Of a stretch of 64,000 nucleotides of DNA, positions 25,346 through 38,100 are shown piece after piece. The DNA lies in the NCBI GenBank assembly GCA_032718475.1, contig JAUCBJ010005549.1, positions 14,245 to 78,244 of the forward strand. The letters are read 5' to 3'. The notes under the pieces are model-generated. The model was not told the DNA's origin. It made no database searches and was given only the letters and a program-made list of their open reading frames with translations. Positions within the stretch are counted from its first letter, which is position 1. Each line of letters begins with the position of its first letter. The translations under genes and the position numbers were made by a program. The stretch is from Nemertoderma westbladi (Eukaryota > Animalia > Xenacoelomorpha).

Positions 25346-27796
25346 CTAACATGTTAACATCAACCCCAGCACCAAACATAACACTGGTGGGTGGGGGGGG
25401 GGGGGGGGGACGGGACAGGGTGACATTCCCCCATTGCAGTATCAGCAATACACTCAGCCAAGAACAAAAACCCCAAACCCCTCAGACCCAAATAAGTCGT
25501 GCAACATGGAGATATGGAGGGGACTGTTACCCCCGATGATATATCCAACGCAAGGAAAGTCGACGGGTCCGATGGGGGAACCGCACCCAACAGCAAGGGA
25601 GTCTGTATCACAACCATCGAGCGCGCTGGAAGTACAAGCGATGGGAATGGCACCACTCATCGACGCGCTAAAGACAAGGATCGAGCTACCGCCAGTGGAG
25701 CCGTTCAAATTCGATGGTAGTAAGCCGGAGGAATACATGCAATTCCGGCGTATGTACAGCAATGAAATACTAATGAAGAACTTGACACAGGCGGAGTGCC
25801 TTAAATACTTACAAGTCTACACAGGGGGGCCAGCATACGACATCGTGAGGCAATACCAAGGTATTGAAGGAGGATTCACGACTGCATGGCAAAGCCCTGG
25901 ACAGGGAATTCGGGCATCCTGCGAAGATCATCCGACAAACCTTAAGAGGAATAACATCAGGCGGACTACAGGATAACCCTGTCAGCATTAAGACCTTCGC
26001 GAATAAAGTCGAAAAGGTGCTGATTGTGTTAAAGACCCTAGATGCACCTTACGAACTTAACACATCGAATAACATCACTACTGTACAATAGCGCAGGCAC
26101 TACCGATCTGGCTGAGGAACAAGTGGAGAAAGATCGCCTTCTCCACCCAGGAGAAGAAAGATGAGGAGCCAGGGCTAGAGGAGATGTCGAACTTCCTTAA
26201 TTATGAAGCAGAATTGATTACAGACCCAGTCTACAGCGAGGAGAGTTTGGGTAAGGTGCCGAAGGCAGAATGCAGCCAATCTAAACCAGAACATAGTTCG
26301 GCGGATGCATTTCCAAGAGTTAGACAGTTGCTACTGCATGTGGCCATGCAGGGGACTTGTAGTCTATAAGCAGCTGGGAGTAGGGCCACACCGTGGCAGG
26401 GACAGAAGCAAAACAACAACACAAACAAATACAATCCCAATACCCCCAGCAGGCCGAGTCCAAATAACCAAAACACTAAACCGGTAGATATGAATCTACG
26501 TGCGATACAAGGTATGCTACGACCCCAGCTACAAATGTGAATTGCATAGAGATGGAACCCATAAGACCATGGACTGTAAGCATTGTCAGGCGTTACTCAA
26601 ACAAGTTCGCATAGCCTACGCTGATTAGAATGGACTATGTCATCGATGCGCGGTAGCAGGACACTGGAAGGATGAATGGCAGGAACCACTGATAGAATAC
26701 GACGAGACTGATGAGACTGGAGGCCAGAGGCATTCTGGAGGCATTCTCACACCATTTGGATGGACGCTCACTGGCCCAATTAGGATGAGGATACCGTTTG
26801 GTGTGTCCGAGACATCAGGGTGCATGCTGTCCGGTACTGTTGAGGACATAGAGGAGAAACCAGAGACGGGCGATGGGGAGGTCCCATATGGGAAGCGGCC
26901 CGAGGAAGGACACCCGGAGTCGGGGATGGGTATGGATCTGGAACCATGCATAGTGGAGTGTGGTGACAGGGTGGAGGATAAGTCCAGAGAAATACCACCA
27001 ATAGATGAGTGAGGAGAGGAAGCAACAGCAAGAGAGTGGGCGGAGGAGAATGGGTTCGACGCAGAGGACCTAGAGGCGATGGGATGGAACATAGATGTTC
27101 CGGGCGAGTATCGGTATGAGGATGGAGAAGAGTGGACGGCAAGACATCCGGAGAGATGTCCGTATCAGACGCCGGTCAGTTGAGAAGCATGCCGATGGGG
27201 ACAAGGTCGAGTAGGAGGACAGGGTGGAAGCGGAGAAAATGTGGGAAGATTAGACCAAGGGCAGAGAAGCCGATGATGAAACGTGACCAAGGAGGCAGGG
27301 AAGTTGGAGGAGGCTTGTTATACACACACATGGGGATGGCAGAGTGCGAAGGGGCATTAAATGGTAAGCCATTATGCGTACCGAAGGATGACCGGGGGTC
27401 ATCAGGGGCTTTACTGCCGGCGCACATATTGAGGGGGAGGCCAGCAGAGGTGGCAAATACCAGTGAGGATGACATGAAGGGCGGCATTCAACCGCCAAAT
27501 GACGACAAGATGGAGGGTGGCATTTTGCTGACAGGGGACCATGAGGAGACTAGTGAGATGACGAAAAGACCGGATTTAAGGGTGGAGGAGAAAGGAAGGT
27601 CAATCCCAAAAGAGTTGAAATTGACAAGGAGAGTGGGCCGAAGATTAAGAGGACCTACAGGGGCGCATTGGGAGAGTTGCCTGCTGGAAGAATCGCCCTT
27701 AGGTTGTTGAGTCGTCCAATAAGTTGGACTGAGGGGGGTGGGAATGTGGGCGAGACGCCCTTCCCACACACAAAATAAAAAAAAAATAAAAAATAA

Positions 27797-28312
27797 TAGA
27801 TAGATGGTAGATAGATGGTAGATAGTAGATAGAGATAGTGGATAGATAGATGGTAGATAGATGGTAGATAGTAGATAGAGATAGTGGATAAATAGATGGT
27901 AGATAGATGGTAGATAGAAGATAGTAGTAGTGTACATAGTACCGTATAACCTGTGGGTACTGAGGGCACCACGTGGGGAATTGAGGGGTATGTACGCATA
28001 CCATAGTAGTAGGGTACATAGTAGTGTAGAACCTGTGGGCACTGAGGGTGCCACATGAGGAATTGAGGGGTATGTACGCATACCATAGGAGTAGGGTACA
28101 TAGTACCGTAGTACCTGTGGGCACTGAGGGCGGCACGTGAGGAATTGAGGGGTATGTACGCATACCGGAGTAGTAGGGTACATAGTACCGTAGAACCTGT
28201 GGGCACTGAGGGCGCCATGTGAGGAATCGGGGGGTATGTACAGTACACATACCGGAGTAGTAGGGTACACAGTACCGTAGAACCTGTGGGCACTGAGGGC
28301 GCCACGTGAGGA
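27797..28312. repeat. Purine-rich (tagatgg/tagata)n microsatellite followed by an ~82-bp tandem repeat (~4.7 copies) inside LTR element A
   Basis: acctgtggg recurs at 27949, 28031, 28113, 28195 and 28282. Confidence 0.9.
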
Positions 28313-30016
28313 ACTGAGAAGGCAGATAGGATAATAGCACAGGCAGGGGGGGGAACATAAATAAATAAAATAAAATTAGGGGAATATTAGCACGAAGGAA
28401 AGAACAAGGTAGGAGGTAGGCCATCATTGATTTAAACCGTAGTCAAGTGCAACATTTTTCCAATTAGCTACTGGGATTGGGGACTAATTGACTAGAACAG
28501 CAGGACGAGACTTAGACTAACATGGTGCACACATGTGTGGGACCCGATAAGTGTGTGGAGAGTGAAAACGAAAATGGGGGAATGGGGGAAGTATGGGGAG
28601 GAGGTGTTGGCATGTGAGGGAGTGAAAGGAGTGCGATTAAAGTGTGGGGGGCAAGCACGGATGAGGATGAGTCCCAAGGGACTGGTGAGAGAGGAAGGGA
28701 CAGCAAGGTCCGTGAAGAAGATTTGAGGAAGGTTAGATAAAAATTGTGTGGAGAGAGAGGACAATGATCTCAAACAGAGACACCAGATACCTTGGTGCAA
28801 CATAGCTCGCGATTGGACCAAGGATGGGTAGTACCAACATACCCATGGGGGCCGGTCTGGAAAGCCGACCCCGAGATGAAAACACCACCCCACATCCAAT
28901 ATTAGATTGGATTCCAGCGGAATTGAAGCGCACTTGAGGTTGATGCTATCTTCTCACCGGGAAGATAGCGGGGGGGGGGGGGGGGGGGAGTGTAAGCGGA
29001 TTCAATTCCCTACACCACCCACCGAAAATGGGACCAGCATGAGGCTAGCATCAGGGAGTAACACCTACAGTGAGTGGCGAAGTGACAATTAGTATATAAG
29101 CCAATAGTGGGCAGGGAAGCACGTGGGGAAGGATAGTAAGGCATCCATTGGGTACCAAAGGCCACAGTAGCGTAGAGCTGAAACCAATATGTATCAATCA
29201 TATAGTTACTCAGATTACTGATTTACTGGTCAGTTCATTATTACATAGTTGCGGACCGGCATAGTTTTGACCGTCATTTCATATGTGCTGCTATCGTCAT
29301 TCATGCTATACTGATTATTGTTACTATACCTGTATACATCTGACTGTGCTATTATTTCTGAGATTATTAATACTGAGAAACAAATTCTGTTATTTTCCCC
29401 AACGGCCTTCGGCCAAAGATATTAGCTCAGCAGCCCAGCAGCCAAGTGACGCTTACAATCTTACCCGGTCGGGATCTGAGACTCGATCCCGTCACAATTT
29501 AAAATATACCAATGAAACAAAAATTAGAATCTATTCGATCGGAAAAGTCAAGGAGAAAAATGGTGTGTAAAACGATTCCTTATACAACATTATTTCCACT
29601 CTAAATATATGTATACTGCTATTTGTGTATATTTTTACTGTCACCTGACAATGAACCGTTTAATAGGCACATAGCCCTTACATGATTTCACCCACTTTCT
29701 CCCTTCCTTACAGCGTTTGGAACCTTTTCTACCAGCCAACTGAGTATAAAACCCTTACACTAGTTCGACCCCTCTTTCCATTCCTTACATGATTTCAACG
29801 TCCAATCAAATAATAGTTCATTAACCAATCCCAGGTGTTAATACAATAGGTGTTCCTAGTAGTGTAAGGATTGGGAATACGCGACCAGGTCCTTATAGCT
29901 TGCAATCTCACAGTACTGCTATATTCATACCTGTATATTTGAGTAGGCCTATATGGTAGTAAGTCCGGATTACTGCCATGGTATGTATGGAAAACATATA
30001 ATATCAAAATTATATT

Positions 30017-30207
30017 GACACAGTTCGGGTAGGGTGGGTTGACCTCAGGTGACTAGTGAAATGAATAACAACAGTTTTTAGAAGCTTTCTCCCAACAGGG
30101 CTTTCCATAATTACCTGAAGAAGCCCTGTTGGGAGAAAGCTTGTAATAACTGTTGTTATTCATTTCACTAGTCACCTGAGGTCAACCCACCCTACCCGAA
30201 CTGTGTC
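30017..30207. mobile_element. 87-bp-arm hairpin, probable Penelope-like element terminal repeat in inverted configuration
   Basis: 30017-30103 is a near-perfect reverse complement of 30121-30207, and the spacer/right arm carries a CTGAAGA...GAAA hammerhead-like core. Confidence 0.6.
30110..30147 (+). ncRNA. Candidate minimal type-I hammerhead ribozyme
   Basis: attac-CTGAAGA-a-gccc-tgtt-ggga-GAAA-gc-tt-gtaat: helix I ATTAC/GTAAT, helix II CCC/GGG, palindromic AGCT helix III (dimer-type), NUH = CUU. One G-A mismatch at the base of helix II. Confidence 0.5.
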
Positions 30208-30772
30208 CATATGACTACCAAGGTGACGAGAGCGCGAGAATTCCTCCTTAAATATCAGAATTATAGTGAACTATAAGTATAATAAGAGGTAACCTTCTGT
30301 ATCAGTTAAGCAGTACTGCAGTATATCAATTTAACACCAAAACCAAAATATAATGGGTATGGGGCGAGCCATATAATACAATAGCACCGCTATATGCGAA
30401 TACACAAATGAGTAATTCAATGCCTGTGAGACCCAATATTTTATTCATAATATTTTTCAATTTTTAACTTATCTACTTACAAGCTGTTAATAAGCATCGT
30501 ATCCGTACATTTAGCACTCTACTTATATTGCACTATACTATACTATTTAGCAATATACTTAATTCTTTATTTTTTGAATATTTTCTAGATATCAATAGAA
30601 ACGTTGTTATCTTCAGGTACCCTAAACAATATGAATACCAATACTTTCCTAAAATCAACATTAATCTTATGTATTCCTGACTATAGTTAAATATTCGAGA
30701 ATATTAATAATAATTATACTCATTCAACGCCTAGAATTACAAAATTAGGTTAAGGTTATAATTAGTTAGAGT

Positions 30773-31100
30773 TTAGATAGGTAGGTAGCATTGCTTGAGA
30801 TATTTTGAGAAAGTCCTCTTTGTGTTTTGATTTTTTATAATCACTGGGATTGCGTTCCATATGGATGGGCCCAAAAAACTCATGGATCCTTGTGTGGAAG
30901 AAAGTCTAACAAGGGGGGTGTAAAAATTGAGTTTAGTTGCAGCACGAGTAGCGTAGCCATGTACTGTTGATGTTTTAGAAAAGAGCTGACCAAGGTCAGA
31001 GTTCGGAGGGATGGAGTTAGTGTGAATGTCGAACATAAACAAGGATACTTGGTGTTTAAACAATAAATCAAGGGGGGAATATGTTGAGAGATTTATATAG
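30773..31100 (-). mobile_element. CR1/L2-group LINE 3' fragment
   Basis: HGYATR...SFLGPSIWNAIP...TFSKYLK matches the typical C-terminus of CR1/L2/Crack ORF2. Confidence 0.75.
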
Positions 31101-31629
31101 TAGGTTGGAGGAAGCTTGGGAGTTTGTGTTTATCTTAAAAGAATCATTTAAGACATTGCAGTGGCTTTTAAACCAAGCCTGGAAAAGATTATGATTGTGA
31201 TTTCAAGATTATGTACTATGCTGCTGGTCCACTTCTTTTCTATCCTGTCAATCATCAAGTTGTATAGAATGGACTACACTCGGCCTAACATTAGCATAAT
31301 GTGCAGTTCAGAATGCAATAAATAAATCAGCGTGTTTCCTGAACTATCTTAATACGAGGTATGGAACTACAGTAACCATGGTACTAAACTTGTCACGCTC
31401 TTATAACACAAACACATACAGGTACACTTGCCATGGATTCGTTTCCATATTTCTGTATTAATTATTGATAACGCAAATTACTAGTGTGTGTATGGGATGC
31501 CCTTTAGTCCTTTCGTATATTAACGATACTATATGCAATTTGTGAGGCAATCATCACTTTACTCGATATACTGCCTGCAGTTACTGTTTAATACAAATTT
31601 ACTCCATACTATACACAAGATAGAGTACA

Positions 31630-31915
31630 ATGTGGTCTGCTTATGTAACTATTTACATTCTGGCAAATTTTGCTACATCAGTGTCATATTGTGGATTGTA
31701 TATCAACTCTTTCTGCACTAACCAGACTTCACTTGGTGTGTCTACCAAAGCATCATCATTGAATGAATGCAGCATTGATTGCGAACATAATAACCGCTGC
31801 TGGTCCTTCAACTTCACTGACGACAGATGCGAGATATTCGAAGAGGACTGTCTCGCAGACATGGCCAACTGGGATACTGAGGTTCTTGGGAACCGATGGA
31901 TAAGAAAGAAAAAAG
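31630..31915 (+). CDS. Exon 1 of a secreted lectin-like gene: signal peptide plus PAN/apple domain
   Basis: Hydrophobic N-terminus MWSAYVTIYILANFATSVS and PAN signature CSIDCEHNNRCWSFNFTDDRCEI. Donor AAG|gtaagt, phase 1. Confidence 0.8.
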
Positions 31916-32172
31916 GTAAGTTAGAATATTTTATGTTGTGAAAATAATTTCTATAGTGGACTCGACATTCTGCAGGATATTTAAAACAATACAATGTCTA
32001 CTATCTATGAAATATAAGAAATTCATGATCTTACAACAGTTCTATCATTGAAGTTAAGTTTACGAAGTAAGCGAGCTTAGCCAAATGGTTACGGACAGCT
32101 TTTTCAACCATTTGCTTGACGGGCGGTCGGACTGTCTGCCGGATTGTCTGACTGTCTGTGTAGTAAAGTTGA

Positions 32173-35100
32173 TGCCGTTATTCCCGACACCAAGGGGGAA
32201 AACGCCGATGCTGGAGGCGGAATTTTCAGACCACTTTATCCCGGCCAGTCACCGTATATTGGGAGTGGAGAAGGATATTACCTGAAATGCACAATTGCGG
32301 GTAGAGAAAAAGTTTCATTGGTTGGATATAATCTTTAATGTAACTTGACTCTGGTTGAACTCTGATTGAGAATAATTTGGGCTTCCCCACACCAATATAC
32401 CAAATATTCACAATAATACACAAATATAAATTCCTACAGTAAATTATTTAATTCCCCACTGTTCGCTTTCAGATTTTGACCTAACTAATGTTCCCCATTT
32501 TCCCTCGGTCCTAGTCCTGGTACCGTAGTGTCAGTGTCGGTCGATCCTTCGCATGTCCGTCCCACCCTTCCTGAACCGTGACGGGATCGGTCATCAGGAA
32601 AGCAGTACGGATTAGCTAGGGGTCTGTCGGTTCATCACAGGGTCCCAACCACCTAAGCTTTCCGAATCCTTTTCAGGCTCGTAATCGCGTCGGTAGCCAA
32701 GAACCTGCTCCGAATAGTCGGTAGGCCAGTAGAGTCCGGTACTCTGTCTTTCGACCCTGTTGCATGTCCGTCCCACCCTTCCCGAACGCTAAAGGGATTG
32801 GTCATCAGGAAAGCGGTACGGCTTAGCTAGGGGTCTGTCAGCCCGTTGTGAGTGCCAACTGTCGGAGCTTTCCGAGTCCTTCTCAGGCTCGTACTAATGC
32901 CAGTCGTGGAACCTACGCCAGGAAGTCAGTCCTCGTCGAACCCTTCCTTTCCGTCTGGTCAGTCGATCCTTCGCAAGTCCCCAATGCGAAGACTCCTCAA
33001 GAGTACCTTTCAGGCTCAGTCATAGCCAACATACCGGGAACCGCTTAGGATCTGTCAGTTCCCATCACAAGGGTTGTCTAGGCCTCGGAACAAGGACTGC
33101 CCTTAGCGGTTCCTGGCCATCAGCGGCGATTACGAGCCTGAAAAGGATTCGGAAAGCTTAGCTGGTTGCAACAGGGATTTGCGACGGGAACTGACAGATC
33201 CTAAGTGGTTCCCGGGTCATTGGTTACGACTGAGCCTGAAAGGGACTCGGGCAGAGTCTTCGCATTGGGGACTTGCGAAGGATCGACTGACCGGACGGAA
33301 AGGAAGGGTTCGACAAGGACTGACTTCCTGGCGTGGGTTCCACGACTGGCGTTAGTACGAGCCTGAAAGGGACTCGGAAAGCTCCGACAGTTGGGATTCA
33401 CAACGGGCCGACAGACCCCTAGCTAAGCCGTACCGCTTTCCTGATGACCGATCCCTTTAGGGTTCGGGAAGGGTGGGACGGACATGTGACAGGGTCGAAA
33501 GACAGAGGACTGGACTCTACTGGCCTACCGACTATTCGGAGCAGGTTCTCGGCTACCGACGCGATTACGAGCCTGAAAAGGATTCGGAAAGCTTAGGTGG
33601 TTGGGACCCTGCAATAAACCGACAGACCCCTAGCTAAGCCGTACCGCTTTCCTGATGACCGATCCCATCAAGGTTCGGGACGGACATGCGAAGAAACGAC
33701 CGACACTGACACTACGGTACCGGGACTAGGACCGAGGGAAAATGGGGAACATTAGTTAGGTCAAAATCTGAAAGTTAAGCGAACAGTGGGGTAATTAAAT
33801 TATTTACTGTAGGAATTTATATTTATGTATTATTGTGAATATTTGGTACATTGGTGTGGGGAAGCTCAAATTATTCTCAATCAGAGTTTAACCAGAGTCA
33901 AGTTACAATATAGATTATATCCAACCAATGAAACTTTTTCTCTACCCGCAATTCTGCATCTCAGGTAATATCCTTCGCCACTCCCAATATCCAGTGACTG
34001 GCCGGAATAAAGTGGTCTGAAAATTGGAATAAATGATGAAATGTGGAATAAATGATGAAATGTGGTAATAAATGATGAAGTGTGAAAGAAATAATGAAAT
34101 GTAAAATGAATAAACTATAGAAATGAAAAAAGACAAAAAAAGTATAAAATGTAGAATGGAAAAAGAATCTAAAAAAGAAGCGGACATAAAAAGTCAAAAA
34201 ACTGGTTGGATAATAATGTATAGCTATAGTAACTGTAAATACTGAATGTAGTAACAATAAGATGATAGATGCCTATATAGCAATAACATTAACTATATTA
34301 AAAATAACTATTCTGCAGTCGCTATAGAATCAGACTTTCTGGATTTATAATTAACTGAATTAATTTTTAACAGACGTAATTTACAATTTGGACCCGAATC
34401 GCCAGATTCTTGGTGAATTAAGTAATACAATTGATTTATTGGAGTATACACAACCTGGATCTCCTAGTTTTGATGTGAAATGGAACAACCTATTGAGCGA
34501 GAATGTGCGAGTCATTCGTTTCTCCAGGAGGGAGGTACCGGATTCCCGTAACCTGCAGACGCTCCAGTTCACCGACGCAAGTACGAGCCTGAAAAGGACT
34601 CAGAACGCTGAGGTAACCGGAGGAGGAGAGTTGTCGTTCTGGGATACGTTTTGGCAAAGCATTTACAAATCCCGGTGCCTAATTTACGACAACGAGGGCA
34701 ATGCGACGCCGACTCCAAAGGCGGTTACAATGGCGCGATGTCAGAGTTTCATTGACGACAAGAGTACATATCTCGCACACTGGGAAACCTGGCGGAATGT
34801 ACGGCGATGGTGCGAGAGGAATGTATGACAGTCATCCAAAACCGAGACGACTATAAAGAGAAATACGGGACGAAGGAGTACGGTCGGTCGCTAATCGTTG
34901 TCCTCGGAACCCTAGACGGATTGGTACTGATATGTTGAATCTTCCCGACACCCCAACAGGAATTACAGACAGCCGGGGCAATCTGGCTACTACCATCGGC
35001 GATCCAACAGGTATTGTCAGATATAAGTCAGATATAAAGGCGGATCTCCGGAACAACTACACCAATGCTCCGTCCGGAAGGAATTGTAGAGAGGACATTA

Positions 35101-38100
35101 GTGCGATCAGCCACTTCATCGACAACCAAACCCTGCTGGCCTGGTTACTGGCCACGGACTTTATGGGCGGGTTTAAAGAGGTGAGACAGACTAAATCCGG
35201 TATCGGCTACCTAGCAGTGCAAAACGGCGGTTTAGATTTTAAACCACAGAAATTCCCGGACTACAATAAAATCTACGGCGTGCATCCGGATTTAGCGATA
35301 CAGCATGAGCGGGAGAACTGTTGGAGGGACGTAGAGAGGAAGTGGATGATCCACCAATGCTGGTATGATCCGGATCGACGAAACTACATCTACGTCACGA
35401 TGGAATCGTACACGGTTGCCAAGTTTATCTGTAAAACGCTCGATAAACTCATTAGCGCGGCCCCCAAGTGCTTCATAGATTACGAATGGAACGAGGTGAT
35501 CGACCACGCGTTTAAGGCAGTGCAGAATATCCCACCGGGAGATACCAAGACCCTAGACTTAATCGAATCCTGGGACCTGCACGGACCATTCGATATCCCC
35601 ACGATTACCGATCTCCTTGGCGCAGAGGAACCTATAGTATCGTCGGAAGGAGAGGAGTTATGGAAACACGAAGGCATTCTGCTATCCACACCAAAACGTC
35701 AACTCGAACCGGAAATCGCCTACGGATCAGCCACTAAACGTATCGCCGCGACTGAGCCTGCGACGGAATCTGGCGTAACCACTCCACTTGACTCCGGTAG
35801 TCCGGCGAGAGAGCTAGTTCCCACCCTCGCGCTTAGTGACTTCGACAATGCATGCAGGAGGTTATCTCCTTTCCCATTTCCTGGAGGAGAGCATTGGTCC
35901 ACGGAAACTCCAAGTACCAGTACACTGCGACCCGATCGGCTATCCAAGTTACGAAGGGTCCTAGTATACCGCCAACCCCTGGAGACCTTCTTGGGATTCC
36001 TTCGGCGAATGTTCCGGCACCCCCGACAGATCCCGATCTTCTTAGGTCGGGAAATGCAATTCGACGTTTGCAGTAGCTGCGGTTCAGATCAGTGTCCTCG
36101 AGGAAACAAACAACGAGTTACCGAACCGTGTTTCCAAATCCTTGGGATACTCTATTGTCCATACTGCGCTACCCCGGGCCATGACGTAGCGGTTTGCCCG
36201 ACACTTTATAGCATCTGTAAAACGGGCGGTTTCCGTGGGCATACAGCGCGCCCTCGATGCAACATTAAATGTCCTACCAAGGACGTTACTGCTGCCGGGA
36301 ACATGGTTATGTTCGAGACGTACGCCAATGCACACATAAAGACCAGAGCGCGATTGAGTGCCCGAAACGTCGCACAGGAGATGGCGTGCGGATATTTCTC
36401 GTTCCCCGAATGCCTCCATACGGTAAAGACCTTACCTTTCCAATATGTGGATTTATTACTTAGCAGCGCTAATCTATTCGGCCCCTTCGAAGCGATCAGA
36501 CGTCTATACTCGTATACGGAAGCGTTTGGAGACGGAGAATGGTTCCAGGCGGCTCGAACCACCGAGTTGGAGAGGAGAACAGATCTCATCTCGATACCTC
36601 CCCGAGGAAGGGCTGCCAGGAGGCAGGCAGGGGCGATGCTCACGTCGGCCAACGATGCTCCTCTACCCGCACTGGGGATAGATGAAAGTCGACGGGCGAA
36701 GAAAAGGAAAGCATATCAAAGCAGGAGATAGAAGACCAGGACATTTTATAGACACTTATTCGAACATTGATTTTTATACGTATGTAAACTGACTCTAGGA
36801 CAAATTAATCAAGACTATGCAATAGTAAAAAATTGTGTTTTTTATATAGGGAAATGACCTACGCAAACTCGAACTACAGATAGACCTCACGAAGGTCATT
36901 TGGGGGGACTGCTCGCGATTTCAATTTATCATAAAGCGAGATACATATTTTTTGGATTTATATTTTATGAATGTGCCAATATCAGTAGTGGGTGCGGGAA
37001 CATTAAATTTGGGCACATTCGATAGACTGGGGGCGATTTATGGGCGAATCTTGGGGCGACTTACGGGGCGCGGGAATCATATCAGATATGTAAGGGCCAG
37101 GGGTGGGAGGCAAAATCAAGCAATACTCTCAGCTGTCAGGGTTGCCTGATAGTTACTGAGGCCTAGACAACCTCCTTCTACTTCGGTAGTTGGTAACCCA
37201 CTAGGCCTGGGGACAAGGACTGCCCTTAGCGGTTCCTGGCCATCAGCGGCGATTACGAGCCTGAAAAGGATTCGGAAAGCTTAGCTGGTTGCGCCAGGGA
37301 TTTGCGACGGGAACTGACAGATCCTAAGCGGTTCCCGGTACGTTGGCTACGACTGAGCCTGAAAGGGACTCGGGCGGAGTCTTCGCATTGGGGACTTGCG
37401 AAGGATCGACTGACCGGACGGAAAGGAAGGGTTCGATGAGGACTGACTTCCTGGGGTGGGTTCCACGACTGGCGTTAGTACGAGCCTGAAAGGGACTCGG
37501 AAAGCTTCGACAGTTGGGACTCATAACGGGCCAACAGACCCCTAGCTAAGCCGTACCGCTTTCCTGATGAGCGATCCCTTTATGGTTCGGGAAGGGTGGG
37601 ACGGACATGCGACAGGGTCGAAAGACAGAGGATCGGACTCTACTGGCCTACCGACTATTCGGAGCAGGTTCTCGGCTACCGACGCAATTACGAGCCTGAA
37701 AAGGATTCGGAAAGCTTAGGTGGTTGGGACCCTGCGATAAACCGACAGACCCCTAGCTAAGCCGTACCGCTTTCCTGATGACCGATCCCATCAGGGTTCG
37801 GGAAGGGTGGGACGGACATGCGAAGGATCGACCGACACTGACACTACGGTACCGGGACTAGGACCGAGGGAAAATGGGGAACATTAGTTAGGTCAAAATC
37901 TGAAAGCGAACAGTGGGTAATTAAATAATTTACTGTAGCAATTTATATTTGTTTATTATTGTGAATATTTGGTATATTGGTGTGGGGAAAGCCCAAATTA
38001 TTCTCAATCAGAGTTCAACCAGAGTCAAGTTACATTAAAGATTATATCCAACCAATGAAACTTTTTCTCTACCCGCAATTCTGCATCTCAGGTAATATTC

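Larger units (their letters stand above)
17509..29496 (+). mobile_element. RT-less BEL/Pao-derived LTR element (copy A) hosting two nested insertions
   Basis: LTRs 17509-18158 and 28991-29496 (TG...CA; the 3' LTR has a ~145-bp deletion). 5-bp TSD ATTTA at 17504-17508 and 29497-29501. G-rich PPT before 28991. Internal gag remnants: DUF1759-like IELPPVEPFKFDGSKPEEYMQF...CLKYLQVYTGGPA, zinc knuckle LCHRCAVAGH, TPFGWTLTGP. No RT or integrase of its own. Confidence 0.88.

Noticed and set aside
27488-28427. Three overlapping 216-260 aa ORFs
   Set aside because: Products of stop-poor tandem repeats on the pyrimidine strand.
16266-29876. Inverted ~210-bp repeats as TIRs of a 13.6-kb composite transposon
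   Set aside because: The copies are clearly diverged, show no TSD and lie outside the LTR element's own TSD. Two independent copies of a dispersed repeat is simpler.
32270-32320. Hairpin-ribozyme-like words GATATTACCTG and AGAGAAA in repeat R
   Set aside because: The required flanking helices do not pair, and the word is simply the reverse complement of the CAG|gtaatatc donor.
37563-37625. Canonical hammerhead call for the CTGATGA modules
   Set aside because: The core ends GAAG rather than GAAA and helices I and III cannot be formed cleanly. Kept only as an untested structured motif.
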